Positions 46,419 through 57,293 are shown, numbered from the stretch's first letter. The stretch: DNA of 64,000 nt from Pseudomonadaceae bacterium (GCA_019747075.1 JAIERF010000023.1:19017-83016), one strand, 5' to 3'. Program-made: numbers and translations. The notes: a model not told the origin generated them from the letters alone.

Positions 46419-49364
46419 ATGAGCCTGCCCCCGCTGACTACGCTGCCCGCCACCTTGCAGGGCCTTGCCGCCCGTGCGCAAACGGCCTGGCCTACGGCCG
46501 TGGCGGCGCTTGGCGGGCGCTGCAGCGAGCGTTTCGCCAGTTGGCCGGCGGCGCGTCTGGAGTGCCTGGGGCGGGTGTTTGCCGCCAGCGATTTCGTCTT
46601 CGAACAGTCCCTGCGCGACCCGCTGATGCTGCTGGATCTGGCCGACTCCGGTGAGCTGGAGCGCAGCCTGGCGGCCGGCGAGTTGCGTGCCCAGTTGCAG
46701 GAGGCGGTGGCGGCCTGTGGCGATGAGGATGAGCTGGGCCGCTGCCTGCGGCGCCTGCGCAATCGCCAGCAAACCCGCATCATCTGGCGCGATGTCTGCC
46801 GCCTGACTGACCTGCGTGAGACCTGCAACGACCTGACCTTGCTGGCCGAGGCCTGCATCGATCTGGCCTACGGCTGGCTGTATGTGCGCCATTGCACCCA
46901 GTACGGCACCCCCATCGGCGCGCGCAGTGGCTTGCCGCAGCACTTGGTGGTGCTGGGGATGGGCAAGCTGGGCGCCCATGAGCTCAATCTGTCGTCGGAT
47001 ATCGACCTGATCTTCGCCTTCGCCGAGGGCGGCGAAACCGACGCGGCCAAGCGGCCGCTGGATAACCAGGAGTTTTTCATCCGCCTCGGTCAGCGCCTGA
47101 TCAAGGCGCTGGATGCGATCACCGTCGACGGCTTTGTCTTTCGCGTCGACATGCGCCTGCGCCCCTACGGTTCGTCCGGGCCGTTGGTGTTCAGCTTCAA
47201 CGCCTTGGAGCAGTACTACCAGGACCAGGGGCGCGACTGGGAACGCTACGCGATGATCAAGGCGCGGGTGGTGGCCGGCGACCAGCAGGCCGGCAAGCGT
47301 CTGCTGGAAATGCTGATGCCGTTCGTTTATCGGCGCTACCTGGACTTCTCCGCCATCGAAGCGCTGCGGGCGATGAAGCAGTTGATTCAGCAGGAGGTGC
47401 GGCGCAAGGGCATGGCCGAGAACATCAAGCTGGGTTCCGGCGGCATCCGCGAGGTCGAGTTTATCGCCCAGGCCTTTCAGCTGATCCACGGCGGCCGCGA
47501 CCTCAGCTTGCAGCACCGACCCTTGCTCAAGGTGCTCAGCGTGCTGGAGGGGCAGGGCTATCTACCGCCAGCGGTGATCACCGAGATGCGCGAGGGCTAC
47601 GAGTTTCTGCGCTACACCGAACACGCCCTGCAGGCTCTGGACGACCGGCAGACGCAGATGCTCCCGGACGGCGAGCAGGAGCGTGAGCGGGTGGCCTTTA
47701 TCATGGGCTTTGCCGACTGGCCGAGCTTCCACCAGCAACTGATGGTTTGGCGTGGGCGCATCGACTGGCACTTCCGTCAGGTGATTGCCGACCCGGACGA
47801 GGTCGAAGGCGAAGAGGTGGTCGGTTGCATCGGTGCCGAGTGGCTGCCGCTGTGGGAAGGCTCGCTGGATGAGGAGGCGGCGTGCCGGCAGCTGCAGGAA
47901 GCTGGCTTTGTCGACGCCCCGGCGACCTTGCAGCGCATCAACGGTCTGCGTCATGGCGGCCAGGTGCGAGCCATGCAGCGTCTCGGTCGCGAGCGCCTGG
48001 ACGCCTTTATCCCACGCCTGCTGGCGCAGGCGGCCGAGCACGACAACCCGGATCTGGTGCTGGAAAGGGTGTTGCCTCTGGTGGAAGCGGTGGTGCGCCG
48101 CTCGGCGTATCTGGTGCTGCTGACGGAAAACCCCCTGGCCCTTCAGCGGCTGCTGCGCCTGTGCGCCGCCAGCCCGTGGATTGCCGAGCAGATCACCCGC
48201 TTTCCTTTATTGCTCGATGAGCTGCTCAACGAGGGGCGCTTGTTCAAGCCGCCGCTGGCGCCGGAACTGGCCGCCGAGTTGCGCGAACGCCTGACGCGCA
48301 TTCCCGAGGACGATCTGGAACAGCAGATGGAGGCCCTGCGCCACTTCAAACTGGCCCACCGCCTGCGCGTGGCCGCCTCGGAAATTGCCGGCACCTTGCC
48401 GCTGATGAAGGTCAGCGATTACCTGACCTGGCTGGCCGAGGCCATTCTCGAACAGGTGCTGGCCCTGGCCTGGCGCCAGACAGTGAGCAAATACGGCGCC
48501 CCCCAACGCGCCGATGGCAGTCAGTGCGATCCGGATTTCATCATCGTCGGTTACGGCAAGGTCGGTGGCATCGAGCTGGGCCATGGCTCGGACCTCGACC
48601 TGGTGTTTATCCATGACGGCGATCCGCAGGCGGAAACCGACGGCGCCAAGCCCATCGACGGTGCGCAGTTCTTCACCCGCCTGGGTCAGCGCATCATTCA
48701 CCTGCTGACGGCGCAGACCAACTCCGGCCAGCTCTATGAGGTCGATATGCGCCTGCGTCCGTCCGGTGCCTCGGGGCTGCTGGTCAGCTCCCTGGGCGCC
48801 TTTGGCCGCTATCAGGAAGGCGAGGCCTGGACCTGGGAACATCAGGCCCTGGTGCGGGCGCGGGTGCTGGTCGGTTGTGCGCGGGTGGGGGCCGGTTTCG
48901 AGGCAATTCGCGCCCAGGTGCTGGGCCGCGAGCGCGATCTGCCCACCTTGCGCGGCGAGGTCAGCGAGATGCGCGCGAAGATGCGCGACAACCTCGGCAG
49001 CCCGTCAACCGCCGCCGGTACCGCCGCCAATGCCTTCGAGGCCGCGGCACCGTTCGACCTCAAGCAGGATGCCGGCGGTATCGTTGATATCGAATTTATG
49101 GTGCAATACGCGGCCCTGGCGTGGTCGCGCGAGCACCCGCAGTTGCTGCGTTACACCGACAATATCCGCATTCTGGATGGTCTGGAGGAAGCAGCGCTGA
49201 TGTCCAGCGACGATGTCCGGCTGTTGCAGGAGGCTTACAAGGCCTACCGCGCGGCCGCCCACCGACAGGCCTTGCAGAAACAGCCAGGCGTGGTCAGTGG
49301 CGACCAGTTTCACCCAGAGCGGCGCGGCGTGCTGCGCATCTGGCACGCGTTGGGCTTGAACTGA
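46419..49364 (+). CDS. glnE: Glutamine synthetase adenylyltransferase/deadenylyltransferase
   Basis: Two nucleotidyltransferase domains: GMGKLGAHELNLSSDIDL and GYGKVGGIELGHGSDLDL, each with DMRLRP. Confidence 0.97.
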   Translation: MSLPPLTTLPATLQGLAARAQTAWPTAVAALGGRCSERFASWPAARLECLGRVFAASDFVFEQSLRDPLMLLDLADSGELERSLAAGELRAQLQEAVAACGDEDELGRCLRRLRNRQQTRIIWRDVCRLTDLRETCNDLTLLAEACIDLAYGWLYVRHCTQYGTPIGARSGLPQHLVVLGMGKLGAHELNLSSDIDLIFAFAEGGETDAAKRPLDNQEFFIRLGQRLIKALDAITVDGFVFRVDMRLRPYGSSGPLVFSFNALEQYYQDQGRDWERYAMIKARVVAGDQQAGKRLLEMLMPFVYRRYLDFSAIEALRAMKQLIQQEVRRKGMAENIKLGSGGIREVEFIAQAFQLIHGGRDLSLQHRPLLKVLSVLEGQGYLPPAVITEMREGYEFLRYTEHALQALDDRQTQMLPDGEQERERVAFIMGFADWPSFHQQLMVWRGRIDWHFRQVIADPDEVEGEEVVGCIGAEWLPLWEGSLDEEAACRQLQEAGFVDAPATLQRINGLRHGGQVRAMQRLGRERLDAFIPRLLAQAAEHDNPDLVLERVLPLVEAVVRRSAYLVLLTENPLALQRLLRLCAASPWIAEQITRFPLLLDELLNEGRLFKPPLAPELAAELRERLTRIPEDDLEQQMEALRHFKLAHRLRVAASEIAGTLPLMKVSDYLTWLAEAILEQVLALAWRQTVSKYGAPQRADGSQCDPDFIIVGYGKVGGIELGHGSDLDLVFIHDGDPQAETDGAKPIDGAQFFTRLGQRIIHLLTAQTNSGQLYEVDMRLRPSGASGLLVSSLGAFGRYQEGEAWTWEHQALVRARVLVGCARVGAGFEAIRAQVLGRERDLPTLRGEVSEMRAKMRDNLGSPSTAAGTAANAFEAAAPFDLKQDAGGIVDIEFMVQYAALAWSREHPQLLRYTDNIRILDGLEEAALMSSDDVRLLQEAYKAYRAAAHRQALQKQPGVVSGDQFHPERRGVLRIWHALGLN

Positions 49365-49407
49365 TAGCCCAGGCAGACCCCAAACAAACACTGAGGAGCA
49401 GGCAACT

Positions 49408-50331
49408 ATGTCGATGGCCGACCGTGATGGCGTGATTTGGTATGACGGCGAACTGGTGCCGTGGCGCGATGCCACCACCCATGTGCTGACCCACACCCTG
49501 CATTACGGCATGGGCGTGTTCGAAGGCGTGCGCGCCTACAACACCCCCGAAGGCACGGCCATTTTCCGCCTGCAGGCGCACACCGATCGACTGTTCGATT
49601 CGGCGCACATCATGAACATGAAGATGCCGTTCACCAAGGAAGAGCTCAACGAGGCGACCCGTGCCGCCGTGCGTGAGAACAACCTGGAATCGGCCTACAT
49701 TCGGCCGATGGTGTTCTACGGATCTGAAGCCATGGGCCTGCGCGCCACCGGCCTGAAGGTTCGGGTCATCGTGGCCGCCTGGCACTGGGGCGCCTACATG
49801 GGCGACGAGGCGTTGAAGACCGGGATCAAGGTGCGCACCAGCTCCTTTACCCGCCACCACGTCAACATCTCGATGACCCGCGCCAAGGCCAACGGCAACT
49901 ACATCAACTCGATGCTGGCCCTGCAGGAAGCCGTTTCTGGCGGTGCCGACGAAGCCATGTTGCTGGACACCGAAGGCTATGTGGCCGAAGGCTCGGGCGA
50001 GAACATCTTCCTGGTCAAGAACGGCGTGGTGTACACCCCGGAAGTGACCTCGTGCCTGAACGGCATCACCCGTAGCACCATTTTGACCCTGGCCGCCGAG
50101 CTGGGCATTCAGGTGGTCGAGAAGCGCATCACCCGCGATGAGGTGTATATCGCCGACGAGGCCTTCTTCACCGGTACCGCCGCTGAAGTGACGCCGATTC
50201 GCGAAGTCGATGGCCGGCAGATCGGCATCGGCAGCCGTGGTCCGGTCACCGAGATCCTGCAGAAGGCCTACTTCGACCTGGTTACCGGGCAGACCAGTGC
50301 GCACCCTGAGTGGCGCACGCTGGTTAAGTAA
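49408..50331 (+). CDS. ilvE: Branched-chain amino acid aminotransferase
   Basis: LHYGMGVFEG, AKANGNY, EGSGENIF and LNGITR. Confidence 0.97.
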   Translation: MSMADRDGVIWYDGELVPWRDATTHVLTHTLHYGMGVFEGVRAYNTPEGTAIFRLQAHTDRLFDSAHIMNMKMPFTKEELNEATRAAVRENNLESAYIRPMVFYGSEAMGLRATGLKVRVIVAAWHWGAYMGDEALKTGIKVRTSSFTRHHVNISMTRAKANGNYINSMLALQEAVSGGADEAMLLDTEGYVAEGSGENIFLVKNGVVYTPEVTSCLNGITRSTILTLAAELGIQVVEKRITRDEVYIADEAFFTGTAAEVTPIREVDGRQIGIGSRGPVTEILQKAYFDLVTGQTSAHPEWRTLVK

Positions 50332-50348
50332 GGATCATTAGGTCGAGA

Positions 50349-50371
50349 CAGGGAGGCTCCGCGCCTCCCTG
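50349..50371 (+). terminator. GC-rich hairpin between ilvE and waaF (weak terminator or mRNA stabiliser)
   Basis: CAGGGAGGC-tccgc-GCCTCCCTG with a poor U-tract. Confidence 0.45.
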
Positions 50372-50389
50372 CGCATTTCTGGAACGCGC

Positions 50390-51424
50390 ATGAATATTCT
50401 GATCATTGGTCCGAGCTGGGTAGGCGACATGGTGATGGCGCAGACGCTGTTTCAGTGTCTGCAGCAGCGCCATCCGGGGTGTGCCATCGACGTGCTGGCC
50501 CCCGAGTGGAGCCGCCCGATTCTTGAACGCATGCCTGAAGTGCGCCAGACCCTGAGCTTTCCGCTCGGCCATGGCGTGCTGGAAATCGCCACCCGCCGGC
50601 GTATCGGCAAGGGCCTGGCGGGCCAGTACGATCAGGCCATTCTGCTGCCTAATTCGCTGAAATCGGCCCTGGTGCCGTTTTTTGCTGGCATCCCCACGCG
50701 CACCGGTTGGAAGGGCGAGCTGCGTTACGGCCTGCTCAACGACATCCGCGTTCTGGATAAAGACCGCTACCCGCTGATGATCGAGCGCTTTATGGCCCTA
50801 GCCTTCGAGCCGGGTGCCGAGCTGCCTAAGCCCTATCCGCGGCCCAGTTTGCAGATCGATCCGACCAGCCGCGACGCGACCCTGGCCAAGTTCGGTCTGG
50901 GCCTGGATCGGCCGGTGCTGGCGCTGTGTCCGGGCGCCGAATTCGGCGAGGCCAAGCGCTGGCCGGCCGAGCATTACGCCAAGGTTGCCGAGCTGAAAAT
51001 CCGTGCCGGTTGGCAGGTCTGGTTGTTCGGCTCGAAGAATGACCATCCCGGTGGCGAAGACTTGCGCATGCGCTTGATCCCAGGCCTGCGTGAGGAGTGC
51101 ACGAACCTGTCCGGCGCCACCTCGTTGGCCGAAGCCATCGACTTGCTGTCGTGCGCGGGCGCCGTGGTGTCCAACGACTCCGGCCTGATGCACGTGGCGG
51201 CGGCGCTCAATCGGCCGCTGGTGGCGGTGTACGGTTCGACCTCGCCACAGTTCACCCCGCCGCTGGCCGAGCAGGTGGAGATCGTTCGTCTCGGCCTGGA
51301 CTGCAGCCCCTGCTTCGAGCGCACCTGCCGCTTCGGCCACTACAACTGCCTGCGCGAGCTGAAGCCGCGTCCGGTGATTGAGGCGCTGGATCGCCTGGTC
51401 GCCGATCCGGTCGAGGTCGAATAG
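50390..51424 (+). CDS. waaF: LPS heptosyltransferase II
   Basis: GPSWVGDMVM, CPGAEFGEAKRWP and NDSGLMHVAAA. Confidence 0.96.
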   Translation: MNILIIGPSWVGDMVMAQTLFQCLQQRHPGCAIDVLAPEWSRPILERMPEVRQTLSFPLGHGVLEIATRRRIGKGLAGQYDQAILLPNSLKSALVPFFAGIPTRTGWKGELRYGLLNDIRVLDKDRYPLMIERFMALAFEPGAELPKPYPRPSLQIDPTSRDATLAKFGLGLDRPVLALCPGAEFGEAKRWPAEHYAKVAELKIRAGWQVWLFGSKNDHPGGEDLRMRLIPGLREECTNLSGATSLAEAIDLLSCAGAVVSNDSGLMHVAAALNRPLVAVYGSTSPQFTPPLAEQVEIVRLGLDCSPCFERTCRFGHYNCLRELKPRPVIEALDRLVADPVEVE

Positions 51425-51425
51425 T

Positions 51426-52430
51426 TTGCGGGTACTGCTGATCAAAACCTCTTCCCTCGGCGATGTGATCCATACCTTGCCGGCCCTGACCGATGCTGCG
51501 CGGGCGATCCCCGGCATTCAGTTCGACTGGGTGGTGGAAGAGGGCTTTGCCGAGATTCCGAGCTGGCATCCGGCCGTGGCACGGGTGATCCCCGTGGCGC
51601 TGCGCCGTTGGCGCAAGAACCTGCTGCAAACCTGGAAGAACGGTGAGTGGGCGACGTTCAAACAGCGTCTGCGTGAAGGCCGCTACGACCTGGTGATCGA
51701 TGCTCAGGGCCTGCTGAAAAGCGCGCTGCTGACCCGCTATGTCAATGCGCCTGTGGCCGGGTTGGATCGTGCCTCGGCGCGCGAGCCGCTGGCCAGTCGC
51801 TGTTATGACCGCCCTTGTGCGGTTGCTTGGGGTCAGCATGCGGTGGAGCGAGTGCGCCAGTTGTTCGCCCAGGCGCTGGGTTATTCGCTGCCTCAGTCGG
51901 TCGGCGACTATGGCCTGGATCGTCGCGCCATGGCCGGTGAGGCGGCGGCCGAGCCTTATGTGCTGTTCCTGCATGGCACCACCTGGGCCAGCAAGCACTG
52001 GCCAGAGGCTGATTGGCGCGCCCTGGCCGAACACCTCGACAGCCGTGGCCTGACCGTGCGCCTGCCGTGGGGCAGCGAGCTTGAACAGGCCCGAGCCGAG
52101 CGCATCGCCGCCGGTCTGCAGCACGCCAGCGTACTGCCCAAATTGAATCTGCGTGCCGTGGCGGCGGTGATCGCCGGCGCTCGCGCCTGTGTGGCGGTGG
52201 ATACCGGTCTCGGCCATCTGGCTGCGGCGTTGGATGTGCCGAGTATTTCCCTCTACGGCCCCACCTTGCCGCTTAAAGTCGGCGCCTACGGGCGAGGCCA
52301 GGTTCACCTGTGCGCCACGGGCCCGTTGGCCGGCGGCGGTGATCGTCATCAACCCTGTTTCGACGGTCTGGATGCCGCCCGCGTGGCGCCCGAGCTGGAC
52401 CGTCTCTTGGCCAGTCTGGAGAGCCACTGA
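51426..52430 (+). CDS. waaC: LPS heptosyltransferase I
   Basis: (M)RVLLIKTSSLGDVIH, DAQGLLKSA and DTGLGHLAAA; TTG start. Confidence 0.95.
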   Translation: MRVLLIKTSSLGDVIHTLPALTDAARAIPGIQFDWVVEEGFAEIPSWHPAVARVIPVALRRWRKNLLQTWKNGEWATFKQRLREGRYDLVIDAQGLLKSALLTRYVNAPVAGLDRASAREPLASRCYDRPCAVAWGQHAVERVRQLFAQALGYSLPQSVGDYGLDRRAMAGEAAAEPYVLFLHGTTWASKHWPEADWRALAEHLDSRGLTVRLPWGSELEQARAERIAAGLQHASVLPKLNLRAVAAVIAGARACVAVDTGLGHLAAALDVPSISLYGPTLPLKVGAYGRGQVHLCATGPLAGGGDRHQPCFDGLDAARVAPELDRLLASLESH

Positions 52431-53551
52431 TGCAACTGGCCTTTGTGCTCTACAAATACTTCCCGTTCGGCGGCCTGCAGCGCGACTTTATGCGCATCGC
52501 CCTGGAGTGCCAGCAGCGTGGCCACGCCATTCGCGTGTACACCCCGATCTGGGAGGGCGAGGTGCCGGCTGGTTTCGAGGTGGTGGTGGTGCCGGTCAAG
52601 GCGCTGTTCAATCATCATCGCAACGAGAAACTCACGGCCTGGATCAAGGCCGACCTGGCCAAGCGCCCGGTTGACCGGGTGATCGGTTTCAACAAGATGC
52701 CGAACCTGGATGTGTACTACGCCGCCGACGGCTGCTTCGAGGACAAGGCGCAGACTTTGCGCAACAGCCTGTACCGCCGCTGGGGCCGCTACAAGCACTT
52801 CGCCGACTACGAGCGGGCGGTGTTTGCCCTCGAGTCGAAGACGGAAATTCTGATGATTTCCGAGGTGCAGCAGCCGTTATTCGTCAAACATTACGGCACT
52901 CCTGCCGAGCGCTTTCACCTGCTGCCACCGGGGATTACCCAGGACCGTCGCGCGCCGGCCAATGCCGCTGAGATTCGTGCCGAGTTCCGTCGCGAGTTCA
53001 AGCTGGAGGACGACGAGCTGCTGCTGGTGCAGATCGGCTCGGGCTTCAAGACCAAGGGCCTGGATCGCAGTCTCAAAGCTCTGGCCAGCTTGTCGCGGGA
53101 ACTCAAGCGGCGCACCCGGCTGATCGCCATCGGTCAGGATGACCCGACGCCGTTCCTGTTGCAGGTCAAGGCGCAGGGGTTGTCCGAGCAGGTACAAATC
53201 CTCAAGGGTCGCAGCGATATTCCGCGCTTCCTGCTGGGGGCTGATTTGCTGATCCACCCGGCTTACAACGAAAACACCGGCACCGTGCTGTTGGAGGCAC
53301 TGGTGGCTGGGCTGCCGGTGCTGGTCAGCGCCGTGTGCGGCTATGCCCACTACATTGCCGAGGCCGATTGTGGTCGCGTGTTGAGCGAGCCGTTTGTCCA
53401 GGCTGAGCTGAATCAGCAGCTGGCGGCGATGCTCGCCGATGACGCCGCCCGCGCCCAGTGGGGCCGTAATGGCCTGGCGTTCGCTGATTCGGCGGACCTG
53501 TATTCCATGCCGCAGCACGCGGCTGATGTGATTCTGGCGGACCGTCCATGA
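52430..53551 (+). CDS. waaG: LPS core GT4 glycosyltransferase (WaaG/WapG)
   Basis: YKYFPFGGLQRDF and HPAYNENTGTVLLEA. Confidence 0.93.
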   Translation: MQLAFVLYKYFPFGGLQRDFMRIALECQQRGHAIRVYTPIWEGEVPAGFEVVVVPVKALFNHHRNEKLTAWIKADLAKRPVDRVIGFNKMPNLDVYYAADGCFEDKAQTLRNSLYRRWGRYKHFADYERAVFALESKTEILMISEVQQPLFVKHYGTPAERFHLLPPGITQDRRAPANAAEIRAEFRREFKLEDDELLLVQIGSGFKTKGLDRSLKALASLSRELKRRTRLIAIGQDDPTPFLLQVKAQGLSEQVQILKGRSDIPRFLLGADLLIHPAYNENTGTVLLEALVAGLPVLVSAVCGYAHYIAEADCGRVLSEPFVQAELNQQLAAMLADDAARAQWGRNGLAFADSADLYSMPQHAADVILADRP

Positions 53552-54354
53552 AGCTGCTGTTGAGCGAACCGTTCAAATCCCTGTGGGCCGGGCGCGATCC
53601 CTTTGTCGCTGTCGAGGCGTTGCAGGGCGTGGTTTACCGTGAGCTGGAAGGCCGCCGCACGCTGCGCACCGAGGTCGACGGGCGCGGTTATTTCGTCAAG
53701 ATTCACCGCGGCATTGGCTGGGGTGAAATCGTCAAAAATCTGCTCACCGCCAAGCTGCCAGTGCTCGGTGCGACCCAGGAATTATTGGCGATCGAACGTC
53801 TGACCGAGGTCGGCGTAGCGACCATGACCGCCGTGGCTTTCGGCGCCCGCGGCAGCAATCCGGCGCAGCAGCATTCGTTTATCGTCACCGAAGAGCTGGC
53901 GCCGACCATCAGCCTGGAAGACTTCAGCCTCGACTGGGTCAAGCAGCCGCCGCCGGTCAAGCTCAAGCGTGCGTTGATTAGCGAGGTGGCGAAGATGGTC
54001 GGCGGCATGCACCGCGCCGGGGTTAATCACCGCGACTGCTATATCTGCCACTTCCTGCTGCACACCGATAAACCGGTGACGGCGGAAGATTTCCGCCTGT
54101 CGGTGATCGATCTGCACCGCGCCCAGACCCGCGTCAGCATCACCCGCCGCTGGCGCGACAAGGACTTGGCTGCGCTGTATTTCTCGGCGCTGGATATCGG
54201 CTTGACCCAGCGCGACAAGCTGCGTTTTCTGCGCGGTTATTTTCAACTGCCGTTGCGCCAGGTTCTGCGTGACGAAGCGCGGCTGCTGGCCTGGCTGGAA
54301 GCCAAGGCAGCCAAGTTGTACGCCCGCAAGCAGCGCTACGGGGATGCGCTCTGA
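53548..54354 (+). CDS. waaP: LPS core heptose(I) kinase
   Basis: YFVKIH, NHRDCYICHFL, IDLHRAQ and KDLAALYFS. Confidence 0.95.
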   Translation: MKLLLSEPFKSLWAGRDPFVAVEALQGVVYRELEGRRTLRTEVDGRGYFVKIHRGIGWGEIVKNLLTAKLPVLGATQELLAIERLTEVGVATMTAVAFGARGSNPAQQHSFIVTEELAPTISLEDFSLDWVKQPPPVKLKRALISEVAKMVGGMHRAGVNHRDCYICHFLLHTDKPVTAEDFRLSVIDLHRAQTRVSITRRWRDKDLAALYFSALDIGLTQRDKLRFLRGYFQLPLRQVLRDEARLLAWLEAKAAKLYARKQRYGDAL

Positions 54355-55088
54355 TGGCGGGCTGGACCCTGGATCCGGCCTTTGCCGCGCTGGCTGCGGA
54401 TTTTGGCAGCCTGGACGCGGTGTTCGCCCTGCAGGGCGAGCGCATTACCAAGGACCCGCTGTCCGAAGTGATCCGCATCGAACGCGCCGGCGTGCGTTAT
54501 TACGTCAAACGTTATTGGGGCGCCGGCAAGGGTTTGCGCCGCTACCTGGGGCGGCCGCGAGTTAAAGCTGAATGGCAGAACCTCAAATATTTCGCCAAGT
54601 GGGGCATCGCTACTGCGCCGATCGTTGCCTATGGCCTGGAGCGCAAGGTGGGCGCCTTTGTTCGTGGCGCGCTGATCACCCGTGACCTGCAGGGCACCGA
54701 GGACCTGGCGGTGCTGGCTCAACGCGGTGATCCGCGCCTGGCTGACCGGCACTGGGTCGCCGGCATCAGTCAGCAACTGGCGCAGGCCACCCGCACCCTG
54801 CACGACCAGCACTTCACCCATAACGACCTGAAGTGGCGCAACCTGCTGGTCAATCCGGCGGCGGAGCTGTTTCTGATCGACTGCCCGTCCGGCAGTTTTT
54901 GGTGGGGGCCAGCCCTGCGCTACCGGATCATCAAGGACCTCGCCTGTCTGGATAAAGTGGCCAAACAGCACCTGTCGTGCACCCAGCGCCTGCGCTTTTA
55001 CCTGCAGTACCGCGGTCGGCAGCGTTTGAATACTTCGGACAAGCAACGATTGCGCAAGATCATCGGTTTTTTCGAGGGCCGCGAATGA
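54354..55088 (+). CDS. wapP: LPS core kinase (WapP-like, Kdo/WaaP family)
   Basis: YYVKRY, HNDLKWRN and IDCP; follows waaP. Confidence 0.85.
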   Translation: MAGWTLDPAFAALAADFGSLDAVFALQGERITKDPLSEVIRIERAGVRYYVKRYWGAGKGLRRYLGRPRVKAEWQNLKYFAKWGIATAPIVAYGLERKVGAFVRGALITRDLQGTEDLAVLAQRGDPRLADRHWVAGISQQLAQATRTLHDQHFTHNDLKWRNLLVNPAAELFLIDCPSGSFWWGPALRYRIIKDLACLDKVAKQHLSCTQRLRFYLQYRGRQRLNTSDKQRLRKIIGFFEGRE

Positions 55089-55831
55089 GTGATTTTATCG
55101 CCGCCGAGGATCGCGCGATTCTCGCCGCCCACCAGTTGGACAGCTTCGAAGCCCTGTGGGCGCTGGAGTTGGAGGCGGTGGACGAGCCCAATACCGAGCG
55201 CGGTGGCTACAGCACGGTGTCACGCCTGCAGTTGGGCGAGCACGCCTATTACCTCAAGCGGCAGAGCAATCACCTGACCCGCAGCCTGCGTCATCCGTTG
55301 GGCGAGCCGACCTTCGCCCGCGAACTGCGCAACATTGAACGCTACCGTCAGCTCGGCATTCCGGCCTTGCAGGCGGCGTTTTTTGCCCAGCGCCGGCTGG
55401 CCGGCAAACAATGCGCGATCCTGCTGACTCGTGCCCTGGATGGTTGGCGTGACCTCGACAGCTGGCTGCAGGGTTGGGAATCCCATCCTGTCGCCCAGCG
55501 CCTGGCCATTGTGCAGGCCTGTGGCGAGCTGGCCCGGCGCCTGCACGAGGCGCGGCAGGTGCATGGCTGCTTCTATCCCAAGCATATCTTCCTGCGTGAA
55601 CAGGTAGATGGCTTCCACGCACAGCTGATTGACCTGGAAAAGACCCGGCCGCTGTGGTTCGGCGAGCGTGACCGGATCAAGGACCTAGAGCCGTTGCTGC
55701 GCCGTGCCGGAGCTTGGAGCGAAGCAGAGGTGCGTCAGCTAGTGGCCGCTTATCTGGGGGGCGATGCAGATGCCTTACGTTGGTGCCAGCGCCTGGGGGC
55801 GCGGCAGCGTAACAAGGAGGCGCGCCGGTGA
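55085..55831 (+). CDS. wapQ: LPS core kinase (WapQ/InaA family)
   Basis: DEPNTERGG, YLKRQ, HGCFYPKH and IDLEK. Confidence 0.85.
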   Translation: MSDFIAAEDRAILAAHQLDSFEALWALELEAVDEPNTERGGYSTVSRLQLGEHAYYLKRQSNHLTRSLRHPLGEPTFARELRNIERYRQLGIPALQAAFFAQRRLAGKQCAILLTRALDGWRDLDSWLQGWESHPVAQRLAIVQACGELARRLHEARQVHGCFYPKHIFLREQVDGFHAQLIDLEKTRPLWFGERDRIKDLEPLLRRAGAWSEAEVRQLVAAYLGGDADALRWCQRLGARQRNKEARR

Positions 55832-57288
55832 CTTTGGTTGAACTGGCTCGTGCCGGGCGGGCGCGGACGTTACCACTGTCGATCGACCTGGCTAACGGCG
55901 AGAGCCTTGAGCTGCATAGCTTGCTGCGCGTATTGCCGGGTCAGCGCTATGTCGGCCGAGCCATCTGGCGTGGTCGTGCGGTTCTGGCCAAATTGCTGGT
56001 GGGCAGCAAGGCTGCGCGGCATTTTCAGCGTGAAGTGCAGGGTGCGCGTCTGCTTGCCGAACAAGGCCTAAATACCCCGCAGTTGCTGGCTGAAGGGCAG
56101 CATGACGGCGGTGGGTGGCTGTTGTTCGATTACCTCGATGGCGCGCAAAGCCTGGCTGCCGCCTGGGCTGAACAGGGTGTTGGCGATGAGCTGAACGAAC
56201 CGCGTCAGGCTCTGCTGGCCAGTGCCCTGTGCGTAATCGGCCAACTGCATGGACGCGGCCTGTGGCAGGCCGACCTGCACTTGGACAACCTGCTGCAGCG
56301 TGACGGCCAGCTGTTTCTGATCGATGGCGGTGGCGTGCACGGGCAGGTTCCCGGTCAGCCGCTTAGCCAAGACAAGGTGCTGGAAAACCTCGGCGTGCTG
56401 TTCGCCCAGTTGCCGCCGATGGGTGAGGAGTCGCTGGAGGAAGTGCTGATTCACTACCTGCTGGCCAACAGCGCCCACGGCTTGCCGCTTGAGGCCTTGC
56501 TCAAGGAAGTGGCCAAGGTGCGGCGCTGGCGCCTGCGCGACTACCTGAAGAAAATTGGTCGTGATTGCAGCCTGTTCAGCGCCAAGATCGGCGCCTTCGG
56601 CCTGCGGGTGGTGCGCCGTGACCGTGAAGCCGAGTTGCAGCCGTTGCTGGCGGCGCCGGAGGCTTTTATCGCCAGCGGTCATCGCTTCAAGGGCGGCGGC
56701 GCGGCCACGGTGGCGCGGGTTGAGCTCAACGGTCAGCCGCTGCTGGTCAAACGCTACAACATCAAAAACCTCGCCCACTGGTGCAAACGTTTCTGGCGTC
56801 CGAGCCGCGCCTGGCACAGTTGGCGCGAGGGCCATCGCCTGAGTCTGCTTGGTATTGCCACGCCGCAGCCACTGGCGGTGCTGGAGCGGCGCTGGTGCTG
56901 GTTACGCGGCCCGGCGTTGCTGATTACCGAATATCTGCCCGGGCACGATATAATCGCCCGCTTCCAGCCCTATCTTGATCTGTCATCCGGGCTGGAAGGG
57001 CCGCCAGAAGCGGAGTTGCAGGCGCTGGATGGACTGTTTGCCGCGTTGTTGCGCGAGCGCATCAGCCATGGCGACCTCAAGGGTTATAACGTCTTCTGGG
57101 ACAACGGCCGCTGGTCACTGATCGATCTGGACGCCATGCGTCAGCACCACAGTGACCGCAGTTTTGCCCGCGCCTACGAGCGCGACCGTGCACGATTTTT
57201 GCGCAACTGGCCAGCCGACTCCAGGCTGTTCAAGCTGCTCGACCAACGCTTACCGCAGGTGCCCGGCACCTGCCCTGAAAGAGGCTAA
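55828..57288 (+). CDS. Tandem-domain LPS kinase-like protein (PA5006-like)
   Basis: Two kinase-like halves: QADLHLDN...IDGG and HGDLKGYN...IDLD. Confidence 0.85.
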   Translation: MTLVELARAGRARTLPLSIDLANGESLELHSLLRVLPGQRYVGRAIWRGRAVLAKLLVGSKAARHFQREVQGARLLAEQGLNTPQLLAEGQHDGGGWLLFDYLDGAQSLAAAWAEQGVGDELNEPRQALLASALCVIGQLHGRGLWQADLHLDNLLQRDGQLFLIDGGGVHGQVPGQPLSQDKVLENLGVLFAQLPPMGEESLEEVLIHYLLANSAHGLPLEALLKEVAKVRRWRLRDYLKKIGRDCSLFSAKIGAFGLRVVRRDREAELQPLLAAPEAFIASGHRFKGGGAATVARVELNGQPLLVKRYNIKNLAHWCKRFWRPSRAWHSWREGHRLSLLGIATPQPLAVLERRWCWLRGPALLITEYLPGHDIIARFQPYLDLSSGLEGPPEAELQALDGLFAALLRERISHGDLKGYNVFWDNGRWSLIDLDAMRQHHSDRSFARAYERDRARFLRNWPADSRLFKLLDQRLPQVPGTCPERG

Positions 57289-57293
57289 CACCT